Positions 27,769 to 38,184 of a stretch of DNA of 64,000 bases are shown here, in pieces. Position numbers and translations under genes: made by a program. The notes below the pieces were generated by a model. That model had not been told where the DNA came from and did no database searches. It saw only the letters and a program-made list of their open reading frames with translations. The DNA is from Candidatus Gastranaerophilales bacterium. GTDB lineage: Bacteria > Cyanobacteriota > Vampirovibrionia > Gastranaerophilales > Gastranaerophilaceae. Location of the stretch: NCBI GenBank assembly GCA_944324365.1, contig CALUWA010000006.1, positions 1,113 through 65,112 on the forward strand. The letters run 5' to 3'. The first letter of the stretch is position 1, and the number at the start of each line of letters is the position of its first letter.

Positions 27769-29289
27769 TTATTTTGCTATTTCAGTGGTTCTGAATTCAC
27801 GAACAACCGTAACTCTGATTTGACCCGGGTAATCAAGTTCATCTTCTATCCGTTTTGCTACATCGCGGGCTAATCTTTGGGATGCTAAATCATCAAACAT
27901 TTCAGCCTGAACAATAATTCTGACCTCGCGGCCCGCCTGAACAGCAAAGGATTGTTTAATTCCTTCGTAGCTGTTGACGATTTCTTCAATTTTTTGTAAT
28001 CTCTTGATGTAAATTTCAAGGGTATCACGTCTTGCGCCCGGTCTGCCGGCTGATATTGCATCCGCAACTTTGACCAGAACGGCTTCAATAGTATTTGCAA
28101 CAACATCATCGTGGTGTGCTTCTATTGCGTGAATAACTTCAGGGCGTTCTCCATAGCGGGCGGCAAGTTCAACCCCAAGTTGGATATGCGTACCTTCCTG
28201 GGTCTGGTCAACGGCTTTTCCGATATCGTGCAAAAGTCCTGCGCGTTTTGCAACCGCAACGTTTGCTCCGAGTTCTGCAGCCAGCATTCCTGCGATGTGT
28301 CCGACTTCCAGAGAATGTTTTAATACGTTTTGCCCGTAGCTTGTTCTGTAATAAAGACGTCCTAAAGTCTTTATTAGCTCTTTATTTAACCCCATAACGC
28401 CCATATCAAGCGCAGCATTTTCACCTTCTGTCCAAATTTTCTTTTCGATTTCTTCATTGGCTTTTTCAACCATTTCTTCAATACGAACAGGGTGGATACG
28501 GCCGTCTACAATAAGTTTTTCCAATGCAAGTTTTGCAACTTCGCGGCGAACCGGGTCAAAACTTGATAATACTACGGCTTCCGGGGTATCATCTATGATT
28601 AAATCAACTCCGGTTAATGTTTCCAATGCTCGAATGTTTCTTCCTTCACGTCCGATTATACGGCCTTTCATCTCGTCATTAGGAAGTGCCACAACTGAAA
28701 CCGTTGTTTCAACAACTTGTTCTATCATACATCTTTGCATTGTTGTTGAAAGTATTTCTTTAGCTTTTTCAAGTGAGGTTTCTTTTATTTTTGCTTCGTT
28801 TTCACGAATAAGTGTCATTTCTTCCTGAGCCAGGTCATGTTTTAATTGTTCAAGAAGAGTTGTTTTTGCTTCTTCTGCTGTCATACCCGCAATTCGTTCA
28901 AGTTCTGAAGTTTGTCTTTGAACTATTTCTGCAAGGTAATCTTCTTTTTCAAGCAGCTCATCAATTTTTCTTTGAACCTGAAGATCTTTGTCTGTGTATT
29001 CTTGAATTTTATCTTCAAGCATATCTTCACGTTTTGCAAGTTTTGCTTCCTGGCGTGTTAACTCTTGTCTTCTTTCTCTTTCTTCTTCGTTTAATTTTTC
29101 TCTGTCTTCTTGAAGCTCTTCTATTGCTTTAATTTTAGCTTCTTTAAATAAAATTTTCTCTTTCTCTTCTAGTGCGATACGGTCTTTTTCTACACTTTGG
29201 AGAACGGATTTCATCTTGTTGTGTTGTACGAACAACACTGCGACTAATGCTATTACCGCAATAATCGCAAGAATTAATGGAATTCCCAT
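27769..29289 (-). CDS. rny: ribonuclease Y
   Basis: N-terminal TM segment, coiled coil, KH domain ([12 protein letters not shown]) and HD domain (HSLEV...LLHDIGK). Confidence 0.95.
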   Translation of the reverse strand: MGIPLILAIIAVIALVAVLFVQHNKMKSVLQSVEKDRIALEEKEKILFKEAKIKAIEELQEDREKLNEEERERRQELTRQEAKLAKREDMLEDKIQEYTDKDLQVQRKIDELLEKEDYLAEIVQRQTSELERIAGMTAEEAKTTLLEQLKHDLAQEEMTLIRENEAKIKETSLEKAKEILSTTMQRCMIEQVVETTVSVVALPNDEMKGRIIGREGRNIRALETLTGVDLIIDDTPEAVVLSSFDPVRREVAKLALEKLIVDGRIHPVRIEEMVEKANEEIEKKIWTEGENAALDMGVMGLNKELIKTLGRLYYRTSYGQNVLKHSLEVGHIAGMLAAELGANVAVAKRAGLLHDIGKAVDQTQEGTHIQLGVELAARYGERPEVIHAIEAHHDDVVANTIEAVLVKVADAISAGRPGARRDTLEIYIKRLQKIEEIVNSYEGIKQSFAVQAGREVRIIVQAEMFDDLASQRLARDVAKRIEDELDYPGQIRVTVVREFRTTEIAK

Positions 29290-29571
29290 CGAGTATTTAC
29301 CTTATCCTTTTCTATTTTTTTATAATACACACAATGCCCGATACATTTAACCTATCGAGCTCTTATTTAAACAAAAACATTCAAATAATCATCATTGCAT
29401 ATATTTCCAAAAATATTTAACTACTACATCTGCCTATAGCATACCATAATTATAGGTTTTTGTATAGTGAATTTTTATATTTTGATACAAACGGATGAAG
29501 AAATTATTATTTGTTATAATAAAAATTATATGGTATTATGAAAATATGAATATCCTAAGTGGAGAGATAAT

Positions 29572-30738
29572 ATGGAAATTAATGATTTAAGAAAAGAAAA
29601 CGAACTGGTAAATTTATTTTGTAATCTTGCGGAAATACCATCTCCTTCTTTGAAGGAAAAAAATGTTTCGGATTACATAAAAAAATATTGTGATGAAAGA
29701 AATATTTATTGCAAATTAGATGATTATGAAAATGTTTATATCTATATTCCGCCGACAGATGAAACTAAGCAACCATTGGCTCTGTCATCGCATATGGATG
29801 TAATCGGAGATGATTCTCCTGTTGCGGTTTATTTGGATGATAACGGCTTAATCCATGCTAAAGAAAGAACTCTTGGCGCTGACGACAAAGCCGGAGTTGC
29901 AAATGCGCTCTATTTTGCGGATTTTCTTTCAAAATCCGATATTAAGCACGGCGGTTTAGAGCTTATATTTACAAGAGATGAAGAATCCGGAATGTCCGGA
30001 ATACACAATCTTGATTTTGAAATGCTTAAATCCAAATATGTTCTGGTTTTGGATAGTGACAGTTTGGGACAGTTTATGACATCAGGCGCAAGTTATACAC
30101 TTGCTACTCTTGATGTTCACTCTTTTAAAGGCGGACATTCGGGGATTGATATTGCGGATACGACACGTGAAAATGCTGCAAAACTTATTGCGGATTTAAT
30201 ATCAGAGCTTCCGCAGGGTGTTTTCTATTCAGATGAAGACCATAATGTTGTGACTTCATGTAATTTAGGCGGAATATCGGCCGGAGATGTTCATGTTACG
30301 AATATTATTAATACGGACGCTAAAGCTTCGTATTCTATAAGAAGTTCAAGCAGAGATTATGAAGAAGAGTTAAAGAAGCTTATGCGTTTTCAGGTAGATG
30401 ATTTTAATAAACAATACGAGGGTATTGCTCAGGCAACTTTAACTTTTGAAGAACACTTACCTCCGTTTGAAAAATCATGGGATAATTATGTTCCGCAAAT
30501 GTTTGAATATGCGGCAAAATCATGCGGGGTTACTCCGGAAGTCGGCTCATTCCATGCCGGCGCGGAAACTCATATTTATGCAAATAACCTTAACTCTAAA
30601 GGCGAAAAATTTATTCCGTTCCTTGTTGGCCTTGCTGATGTCCATAATATGCATTCTGCGGATGAGGATGTTGATTATAAATCTATGATTAAAGGCCAGG
30701 AAGTTTTAAGAAAATTCTTTGAAGAATTTAATAAATAA
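29572..30738 (+). CDS. M20-family metallopeptidase (PepT/PepD-like)
   Basis: SSHMDV, GADDKAG and TRDEESGMSG metal-ligand motifs. Confidence 0.75.
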   Translation: MEINDLRKENELVNLFCNLAEIPSPSLKEKNVSDYIKKYCDERNIYCKLDDYENVYIYIPPTDETKQPLALSSHMDVIGDDSPVAVYLDDNGLIHAKERTLGADDKAGVANALYFADFLSKSDIKHGGLELIFTRDEESGMSGIHNLDFEMLKSKYVLVLDSDSLGQFMTSGASYTLATLDVHSFKGGHSGIDIADTTRENAAKLIADLISELPQGVFYSDEDHNVVTSCNLGGISAGDVHVTNIINTDAKASYSIRSSSRDYEEELKKLMRFQVDDFNKQYEGIAQATLTFEEHLPPFEKSWDNYVPQMFEYAAKSCGVTPEVGSFHAGAETHIYANNLNSKGEKFIPFLVGLADVHNMHSADEDVDYKSMIKGQEVLRKFFEEFNK

Positions 30739-30750
30739 AAGGAGTGAATT

Positions 30751-31179
30751 ATGAAAAATTTAATCGCTGTTTTATTGGGTTTTGTAATTATTGGCGGAGC
30801 TGCTGCGTTTGCTGTTACAGCTTCCGGGCAGAGTGAAGTTGCTGTTGATGAAACTTCAGTGAAAACTCCGGACAATACTAATTCAGCGCAAGGTTTTGGA
30901 CTGCCTGACGGTTCTATTATTGCAGTTTACCGTAAAATGCAAACTTGTTCGCCTGGCATCAGCAAAACTCTAAAAGTAACGGGGCTTAAAAATGGAAAAT
31001 GCCATTTCTCATTTAATAACTACAGTTGCCAAGTGCCGTTGTCCGTTGCTCAAAAGATTTCATCAAGCGGTATAAAGTCTTTATCCGGAATAGATAATGA
31101 AACTTTGGATAAATATATTCCTGTGCCGGAGTATCTGGAAGGTGTTTTGCAAAATCAGGATTACTGTACTGCAAAATAA
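30751..31179 (+). CDS. hypothetical secreted protein (142 aa)
   Basis: Signal-peptide-like N-terminus (LIAVLLGFVIIGGAAAFA) and four Cys. Confidence 0.5.
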   Translation: MKNLIAVLLGFVIIGGAAAFAVTASGQSEVAVDETSVKTPDNTNSAQGFGLPDGSIIAVYRKMQTCSPGISKTLKVTGLKNGKCHFSFNNYSCQVPLSVAQKISSSGIKSLSGIDNETLDKYIPVPEYLEGVLQNQDYCTAK

Positions 31180-31200
31180 ACAATTCCAAAAGTTATAAAA

Positions 31201-31227
31201 AAAGAGCCTTATAAGGGCTCTTTTTTA
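31201..31227. terminator. bidirectional rho-independent terminator
   Basis: AGAGCC-TTATAAG-GGCTCT flanked by A and T runs. Confidence 0.55.
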
Positions 31228-31228
31228 T

Positions 31229-31882
31229 TTATCCTTCCATAATTTTTACACCTGAGCTTGTGCCAAGGCTGTAGGCTCCGGCTTCAATCATTTTCAATGC
31301 GGTTTCTTTATCTCTTATTCCGCCGGAAGCTTTTACTTTTAAGCCAAGCGGGTTGACTGTTTCAAACATCAGTTTTACGTCTTCTTCTTTTGCCCCGACT
31401 CCATTTTTGACAAATCCTGTTGAGGTTTTCACAAAATCAGCTTTAGCTTCTGCCGCAATTGCGCAGGCTTTTGTTATTTCGTCTTTTGTAAGCAGATCTG
31501 TTTCAAGAATAACTTTAAGCGGAATTTCGCCCGCGGCAATTTTTACGGCTTTAATATCTTCTAAAACGTATTCCCAGTTGTTATCTTTTATTGCCGTAAC
31601 ATTAATGACCATATCAACTTCATCCGCGCCGTCTGCTTTTGCTACGGAAGCTTCAAATGCTTTCACTTCTGTTTTATTTGCACCCAGCGGAAAGCCTATT
31701 ACGGTTACTACTTTAACGCCGGTGTCTTTGAGGGCGTCTTTTGCCGTTTTTACGTAAGCCGGATTAATACATACTCCGCGAAAATCGTATTTTTTTGCTT
31801 CCTCAAATAGTTTGTTTAATTCGTCGCTTGTTGCATCCTGTTTTAACAGGGTATGTTCAATATATTTGTTTAGATTTGTCAT
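31229..31882 (-). CDS. deoC: deoxyribose-phosphate aldolase
   Basis: IEHTLLK..., DMVIN and FVKTSTGF (Schiff-base Lys) motifs. Confidence 0.92.
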   Translation of the reverse strand: MTNLNKYIEHTLLKQDATSDELNKLFEEAKKYDFRGVCINPAYVKTAKDALKDTGVKVVTVIGFPLGANKTEVKAFEASVAKADGADEVDMVINVTAIKDNNWEYVLEDIKAVKIAAGEIPLKVILETDLLTKDEITKACAIAAEAKADFVKTSTGFVKNGVGAKEEDVKLMFETVNPLGLKVKASGGIRDKETALKMIEAGAYSLGTSSGVKIMEG

Positions 31883-31893
31883 AGCTGCTCCTT

Positions 31894-32745
31894 TTATAAA
31901 ATGTTATTTAATATTGCAATACTTGACTCTGCTTTGTTAAGTGTGAAAAAGTGCAGGCCGTCAACATTGTTTTTTATAAGTTCCTGACATTGTTTTGCTG
32001 CAAATTCAATCCCGAATTTTTTCATATCCTCCGAAGATGAACTGTATTTTTCTATGTTTTGTTTCAAATCTTCCGGGATACTTATGTTTGCAAGGGAAGT
32101 CATTTTGTCTACTTGTTTTTTGCTTAAAACTGGCATAATTCCTGCCGCAACCGGAACGGTAATTCCTTTTTGCCTGATAAGTTCTAAATATTTGAAAAAT
32201 TTTTCATTATCAAAAAACAGTTGGGTAAAGATTGCTTCTGCTCCGGCATCAATTTTCCGTTTTAAATTATCAATATCACTATTTATATTTTTTGCTTCTA
32301 TATGTCCTTCCGGATACCCAGCAACCCCGGCCGAAAGGTTACTGTTTGTCTTAATAAATTCAACAAGTTCACTTGCATACTTGAAATCATAGCAGCATAA
32401 ACTTTTATCATCCGGAATGTCGCCTCTTAGTGCCAAAATATTTTCTATGTTATTGTTCTCAAGCGTTTGAATATGCGTTTTGACAAATTCCTTTGAACTG
32501 CAAATGCAGGTAAAATGCGGCATTATATTAGAACCGTTTTGCTGAATTTTTTTTGATAATTCAAAAGAGTTATTATTTTTTCCGCCGGCGCCCCAAGTGA
32601 GAGAAATGAATGCCGGATTAACGGCTTTGAACTTTTTTATTTCTGAAATAAGATTCTGATATTTATCAGGTTCCTTAGGAGGAAATACTTCAAAAGATAT
32701 TTTTTTATTAATATCCTCAATTTTGTAAATTTCTCTTAATTTCAT
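31894..32745 (-). CDS. metF: methylenetetrahydrofolate reductase
   Basis: SFEVFPPK, TWGAGG, ALRGD, GYPEGH and TQLFFD motifs. Confidence 0.9.
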   Translation of the reverse strand: MKLREIYKIEDINKKISFEVFPPKEPDKYQNLISEIKKFKAVNPAFISLTWGAGGKNNNSFELSKKIQQNGSNIMPHFTCICSSKEFVKTHIQTLENNNIENILALRGDIPDDKSLCCYDFKYASELVEFIKTNSNLSAGVAGYPEGHIEAKNINSDIDNLKRKIDAGAEAIFTQLFFDNEKFFKYLELIRQKGITVPVAAGIMPVLSKKQVDKMTSLANISIPEDLKQNIEKYSSSSEDMKKFGIEFAAKQCQELIKNNVDGLHFFTLNKAESSIAILNNIL

Positions 32746-32805
32746 ATTCGGATTATATCATAGATATAGCAAAAAAATTTATTTATTTGCTTTAACAAAA
32801 ATATA

Positions 32806-33690
32806 ATGTTTATTTATCCTCTAAAATTCAAGTCAAATATAACAAATTATAAAAATTCCCGTGCTGCTTCGATAGGGTTTACTTCAAATCCGGCAGTTGA
32901 TACATTTGAAAAAACATCAAAGCCGGAAAGTTTTAATATGAAAGTTTTTAATCTCTATACTTATTCTTATTGTGATAGTGATGTTGCCCTGGATTTGACA
33001 AAACCTCAAAGATTTTCGCTTGTTCATAATTCAAGACACTTATACAAGGATAAATCTCTTGAATTGGACTATAATCCGCAAAGATATGACTATTTGTTTG
33101 ATAAAATCAATAACACAAAATTAAAAACAATGATTCTCATATCAGAAAGCGGGAGGTATAAAACATCTTATCATTTTATGTCTGAAAATCTTGATAAGGA
33201 ATACGGGTATGTAGAACTTTCCAAATGTGAAAATCCAAGAGTGTTTGATACTCCGTATTATGATTTGCTAAAAGATTATCCGGACTTTGATATTGTTGGA
33301 CCGAGAGTTATAGTTGATTATTTGCAAAACTGGGATGACAAGCAAATCGGAAAAATCGGGCATCTTGCAGATAAGTTAACCGTAAAATTTTGTCTTGAAA
33401 ATAATCTGCCGTTGAATATAATATCCGTTGCGGATAAGGGGTCGCATGTAGCTCATTATTTACGCGGGAAACGTTATTTGCCTATTGATAAGGATACATG
33501 CACATACACCTTTTTTAAAGAAAGATATGGTAAAGATGATATTAATGAAATTCTTTCTGAATTAATTCAAAAAGCAAAGCAAGCCGGCGAAAAAGTTAAT
33601 TTGAAAGACTGGGGTACTCAGACCATGTATATGCCAAAAGAACTATGCGAAAAATATTTAAAAGAACTGAAGATGTTTCCTATTCTTTAA
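32806..33690 (+). CDS. hypothetical protein (294 aa)
   Basis: Long ORF with typical codon usage. No family recognised. Confidence 0.5.
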   Translation: MFIYPLKFKSNITNYKNSRAASIGFTSNPAVDTFEKTSKPESFNMKVFNLYTYSYCDSDVALDLTKPQRFSLVHNSRHLYKDKSLELDYNPQRYDYLFDKINNTKLKTMILISESGRYKTSYHFMSENLDKEYGYVELSKCENPRVFDTPYYDLLKDYPDFDIVGPRVIVDYLQNWDDKQIGKIGHLADKLTVKFCLENNLPLNIISVADKGSHVAHYLRGKRYLPIDKDTCTYTFFKERYGKDDINEILSELIQKAKQAGEKVNLKDWGTQTMYMPKELCEKYLKELKMFPIL

Positions 33691-34051
33691 GCGTTAAATA
33701 TCGCCAAAATCTTATAACATTTGAACGGAAATCATTTGGCATAGGTATATCTGCAATTTTGTAGTATTTTTCGTAATTTCTTATGATATTGTCAGGCAGT
33801 TCTTTTCCCTGTTCAAGTGTCTGAAATATAAGAGTGAGATAGTCATCCTGTTCTTCTCTGTAAAGGATATCTCTTCTTCTTATATCTTCATCGGCTTCAT
33901 AATGCAGCAGTGCATGAAATGCCGCCTCGATACTTTTATCTTTCGTCCCCGAGGGAAACAATGTAACGGCATTTCGAACCGATAATTCACCAATCAAAAC
34001 TTTACGGATTAATTCCGATACAAAAACTCTGTACTCTTCTATATTATTCAT
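33680..34051 (-). CDS. hypothetical protein (123 aa)
   Basis: Downstream of, and probably co-transcribed with, the BlaI-like repressor gene. Soluble, with no TM segment or HExxH, so not a BlaR1-type sensor. Confidence 0.5.
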   Translation of the reverse strand: MNNIEEYRVFVSELIRKVLIGELSVRNAVTLFPSGTKDKSIEAAFHALLHYEADEDIRRRDILYREEQDDYLTLIFQTLEQGKELPDNIIRNYEKYYKIADIPMPNDFRSNVIRFWRYLTLKE

Positions 34052-34058
34052 CTTATTT

Positions 34059-34397
34059 TTATTTAATTAAATCAAATTTATTTTCAACAAATCTGATTAA
34101 ATCGGCATAATCTGAATTAAAAAACTGTTCAGCAACTTCTTTTATGCTTTCGGATGCCATTTCATCTTTATCAAGTGCTGCGCTGTAAAAGAATTTTTTA
34201 CCGACTTTATAACGCACAAGAATACTTTTTGTAGTAAGTCTGTCCATAACTGTTTTTATTGTAGTGTAAGCGCGTTCTGTACCATTGGAAGCCAAGTCAT
34301 CTACTACATCCTGGATGGATATGTCTTTCCCGTCATTATTAGACGTTAATTTCCAAATCGAGTTCAAAATGTCTATTTCTAACTTACCACACGCCAT
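34059..34397 (-). CDS. BlaI/MecI/CopY-family winged-helix repressor
   Basis: LEIDILNSIW...AYTTIKTVMDRLTTKSILVRYKVGKKFFYSA matches the penicillinase-repressor fold pattern. Confidence 0.7.
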   Translation of the reverse strand: MACGKLEIDILNSIWKLTSNNDGKDISIQDVVDDLASNGTERAYTTIKTVMDRLTTKSILVRYKVGKKFFYSAALDKDEMASESIKEVAEQFFNSDYADLIRFVENKFDLIK

Positions 34398-34500
34398 ATT
34401 TTCCTACTTTCTTTAAAATAACCTTTTCTAATAACTACTAACATTGTAACATAAAATTTTTAATTTACAACCCATTGTAAAGCAAGATTTTACAATAGTT

Positions 34501-35658
34501 TTAATCAATATTGAATAAATCTTCCTGCTTTTTAAAATTTACTTTTCTTGTTCTTACTTTATCGTTTTTCTTTTTTGTTTTAGCAGATACGTTTTTGTAT
34601 GCATTATCTACGGAAATTTTTGTTAAAGGCTTTTTATTTCTTCTGTCGTAGAAGGTCAGCCAGAATCTTCTGTTAATATTGTCTACTGCAAATGAAATAT
34701 CCCCCACAACTTTTTCGCCCGGTTTTATTTGTTTAAACATTAACTTTGTGTCGCCAAAAATTGAAGGTCTGAATACTGCGTTGTAATCATTTACCAAAGC
34801 TGAATCCAGCCCTGAAAAAGTTTTATCGGACATGTTTGAAATCATTACGGTTAATGTTATTGTATTTGCTTCTCCAAACGGATCCTCTTCGTGTTTTACG
34901 TTTGTAATGGTTATATCAAGCCCCGGATATTTCATTTCATGCTGCATAAGGGCACTGTCTTTGTAAACAGGAAGCGGAACAGATGTGTTGATTTTTACTT
35001 TAATTTCGTCACCAGGAGCGATTAAAACCTCGTGTCCTTTTCTGATTAATGCGGCACCAAGACCTATAGCGCCGCCCAATGCGGCACCGCCCGCAAGAGT
35101 ATAACCTTGAGAGGCGATAGCGGCTTCAAGTCCAAGCCAGTTAAGTGCCAATAATCCTCCAACCGCGCCGCCTGCAAGAGTGTATCCCACATCCTGTGCA
35201 ATAATTTTTGATGTTTCAGCGACAGGGTGAAGTTTTGTAGTCATTTTTCCTTCTATCGGGATTTCTCTTCCGTCAGGTGTTATCAAATAATCAAAATCTA
35301 ACGTTAAACTGGCAGCTCTTCCGAGACGTTTTGCTTCTGTTGTATTGGAAATTCTTCCGTGCGCAAATGTTCCTTTCGGAATTATTACCCCGCTGTCGCC
35401 TTCGACATCGTTTACAACTTCTGCAAAAAACTCATCCCCTTCAATGTTTATATTTGAATCCAAAACTTGTGACACTGTCATATGGATTACGTCGGAACGT
35501 TCCATGTATTCAACTTGCCCCGTAAAAAGTTCGCTCTCAAGTTCTTTTCTTAATTGCTCGCTTTTTTCTGCGTGGCCTTCCAATACCGGCGCCGCGTATG
35601 CCATGGTATTTGTGCCTAAAAATGTTATTAACAAAAATAGTGCAAAAATCCTTTTCAT
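34501..35658 (-). CDS. secreted protein with VirB10/TrbI-like signature and glycine-zipper (paralog 3)
   Basis: Signal peptide. Core GVIIPKGTFAHGRISNTTEAKRLGRAASLTLDFDYLITPDGREIPIEG, then GYTLAGGAVGGLLAL...GYTLAGGAALGGAIGLGAAL. Confidence 0.55.
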   Translation of the reverse strand: MKRIFALFLLITFLGTNTMAYAAPVLEGHAEKSEQLRKELESELFTGQVEYMERSDVIHMTVSQVLDSNINIEGDEFFAEVVNDVEGDSGVIIPKGTFAHGRISNTTEAKRLGRAASLTLDFDYLITPDGREIPIEGKMTTKLHPVAETSKIIAQDVGYTLAGGAVGGLLALNWLGLEAAIASQGYTLAGGAALGGAIGLGAALIRKGHEVLIAPGDEIKVKINTSVPLPVYKDSALMQHEMKYPGLDITITNVKHEEDPFGEANTITLTVMISNMSDKTFSGLDSALVNDYNAVFRPSIFGDTKLMFKQIKPGEKVVGDISFAVDNINRRFWLTFYDRRNKKPLTKISVDNAYKNVSAKTKKKNDKVRTRKVNFKKQEDLFNID

Positions 35659-35750
35659 ATTCAGTATTATACTATTTCAAAAAAATATTGCCAGTTTTTA
35701 ACATTTTTGATAAAATTGGCTTATATAAGAAGCTTAAAAAGGAGTCTTTT

Positions 35751-36071
35751 ATGGAGAAAAAACAAAAACGCTGGTATGATGCGGATCCTGTGCTCAGCAG
35801 AGCAGTTGCGTTATGGGAAAAAGCCGATGAAGAACTACAGACTATATGCGCTGAATATGTTCTTGATAAATTAAAAGATTTCGATTTTAAGATGTCGCTG
35901 GAAGAGCAGTATAATTATATTTTAAGACGCTGGTATGATAAAAATGTAACGGTTTCCCATGCGATGGAATATATTAAAAGAGCTCCGTTTGAGCTGAGAC
36001 ATGAACTTGCGCTTGATATTATTGAATATATTGAGAAAATGGAAGCCGAAAAAGATAAAAATGATTTGTAA
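35751..36071 (+). CDS. hypothetical protein (106 aa)
   Basis: ATG 35751 preceded by AAAAGGAG. The upstream part of the track ORF overlaps the neighbouring promoter region. Confidence 0.5.
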   Translation: MEKKQKRWYDADPVLSRAVALWEKADEELQTICAEYVLDKLKDFDFKMSLEEQYNYILRRWYDKNVTVSHAMEYIKRAPFELRHELALDIIEYIEKMEAEKDKNDL

Positions 36072-36110
36072 ATAATTTGATATTTACAAAAATTTTGCTA
36101 CGATAAAATT

Positions 36111-37808
36111 ATGATTAGGGTATTATTAATATCTCAAAGACCTGAGGTTATAGGAAGGTATGAAGAATTAGTCGGAAAACTCCGTTTTGATTTTGTGTCA
36201 ATGTCGGATGCCGGTTTGATTGCGGACTATCTTTTGGCTGCAGCTAACGAGATTGTTATATTTGACACATTGTCAGGAAATATAGATTTTAAGGGGCTTA
36301 TAAATAAATGTAAGCCTATGTTGGAATCCTCCGCTTTGCTTTTTATTGTTCCGGAGCAATTTTGTGATAGAGAGTTGATAAAACTTGCGAATGGTTTTTT
36401 GTATGACGGAATGTGCGATGAATTAATAGGCGGTACAATCTCTATGAATGTCAGAATGCGGGCATCATTGGAAAAACTTTCTGATACTAACAGGGATCTT
36501 GCAGACAGCAACTACAGATTGAATGCTCTTTATTCTACAAGTTCGCAATTTGCCGGAACATTGGATAAGGAAAAACTTGTTAATTATATGCTTGAGGGAA
36601 TGGATAAGGCATTAAGTTATTCACTCATTCTTACCTTGTCATTTTGTACGGAAGATGAGCCTGTATTATTGATAAATTCTCTTTATGAGCTGTCGCCGGA
36701 ATTAATTGATTCATTAAAACTTCGTATGGTTTTGCATTATAAATCCTTGTTCAAGGAAGATAATCTTCCTTATGCTTTGGATATTGAAACTCTCAAGGTA
36801 AGAAAATTTGTGAAGTATCCCGCAAGCCGTTTTAATTTTACGTTGTTTCAGTTTGATAACATGTTTTCTCCGATATCTCTTGGGGATAACTTTTTCGGGT
36901 GTGTTGAAATTTTTAAGGAAACTCCGTTTTCAACAGAAAATGCCACCTGTTTTCAAACCATAGCACAGCAGGTATCGTTGCCGTTAAAGAGTGCAACTTT
37001 ATATCAGGAGTTAAAAGAAACAAACCATAAACTCGAAAGACTCGAAAGATTAAAATCGGAATTTATTTCTATTGTTTCGCATGAACTTCGTACTCCGTTA
37101 ACTTCTATTAAAAACTCCCTGGATATTATGGGAAGCGGAAAGTGTGGCGAGCTTACTCCTGCTTATGAAAAGTTTTTGTCTATGGCAAAGCGCAATGCTC
37201 AGCGGTTATCTGGGATTATAAACGATCTTCTTGACCTGTCAAAAATTGAAGCCGGCAAGATGGATTACCATTTCAAAGATATGGATATAAATTCCGTTAT
37301 AGAGGATGTAAAAAATGCTCTTTCTGTTTTGGTAAAAGATAAGGGATTAACCCTTATAACAAAAGAAAGTGAGGAACTTCCCAAAATTAACGCTGACTCA
37401 CAGCGCCTCGAGCAGGTTCTCACAAATCTAGTTTCAAATGCTGTTAAGTTTACTCCTGAGGGAAAATCTATTGTCGTAAAATCTGAATTGGTAAATGCAA
37501 AAGATTTAAAATGTGAAGACTGTTTTGCTCCGATTTTAGATAAATTAGAAGGGGAATATATTCTTGTCAGCGTAAAAGATGAGGGTATTGGGATTGCGAA
37601 GGAAAATCTTTTACATGTATTTGATAAATTTGCCCAAATTGAAAACTCTCTGTCGCGTAAAGTCGGCGGCTCCGGTCTTGGATTGCCGATTGCAAAACAG
37701 TTAATAGAAGCACACAAGGGCGCAATCTGGTGTAATAGCGAAGAAGGGCAAGGCACTACTTTTTATTTTGCTATACCGGTTGTAACGGAATTGCAAGTAA
37801 TTAAGTAA
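36111..37808 (+). CDS. sensor histidine kinase (pseudo-receiver/GAF-like N-terminus, HisKA, HATPase_c)
   Basis: H-box SHELRTPL, N-box LTNLVSNAVKF and G-boxes DEGIGI / GGSGLGLPIAK. Confidence 0.88.
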   Translation: MIRVLLISQRPEVIGRYEELVGKLRFDFVSMSDAGLIADYLLAAANEIVIFDTLSGNIDFKGLINKCKPMLESSALLFIVPEQFCDRELIKLANGFLYDGMCDELIGGTISMNVRMRASLEKLSDTNRDLADSNYRLNALYSTSSQFAGTLDKEKLVNYMLEGMDKALSYSLILTLSFCTEDEPVLLINSLYELSPELIDSLKLRMVLHYKSLFKEDNLPYALDIETLKVRKFVKYPASRFNFTLFQFDNMFSPISLGDNFFGCVEIFKETPFSTENATCFQTIAQQVSLPLKSATLYQELKETNHKLERLERLKSEFISIVSHELRTPLTSIKNSLDIMGSGKCGELTPAYEKFLSMAKRNAQRLSGIINDLLDLSKIEAGKMDYHFKDMDINSVIEDVKNALSVLVKDKGLTLITKESEELPKINADSQRLEQVLTNLVSNAVKFTPEGKSIVVKSELVNAKDLKCEDCFAPILDKLEGEYILVSVKDEGIGIAKENLLHVFDKFAQIENSLSRKVGGSGLGLPIAKQLIEAHKGAIWCNSEEGQGTTFYFAIPVVTELQVIK

Positions 37809-38184
37809 ATTCTAAACTTCCGTATGAACTCAGAACACTGAGCGGCACTTCTATTTCGACATTTGTATGGTGCGGGTTTTGGAGGATTACCGTTTTGGTT
37901 TCGGGGTTATAATCTTTAACCGTATAAGCATGAGGAGCATATAAGTCATACTCCAAAAGGGCTGCTCCTTCACGTCCGTTTTCGGTGTGTCCGCCGCGTT
38001 CACAGCTATAAATTACGGTTTTTGATCTGTTGTTATCTACCCATTCACATAGATGCTTGTGATACTGTTTTGGTTTAAAAATTTTTGGAAATTCATGCAG
38101 CAGAAACTGTTTAAATGTTATAGAACTGTTTTTAAGTGCGTCAAAAAATTCTCCTTGCTTTACTATATTCACAGCCGCGTTCAT
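37801..38184 (-). CDS. hypothetical protein (127 aa)
   Basis: ATG 38184 preceded by GAGGAAG. Overlaps the upstream gene by 44 nt. Contains CERGGH ... PHAYTV ... LQNPHH (weak cysteine-peptidase-like His/Asn spacing, unproven). Confidence 0.45.
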   Translation of the reverse strand: MNAAVNIVKQGEFFDALKNSSITFKQFLLHEFPKIFKPKQYHKHLCEWVDNNRSKTVIYSCERGGHTENGREGAALLEYDLYAPHAYTVKDYNPETKTVILQNPHHTNVEIEVPLSVLSSYGSLEFT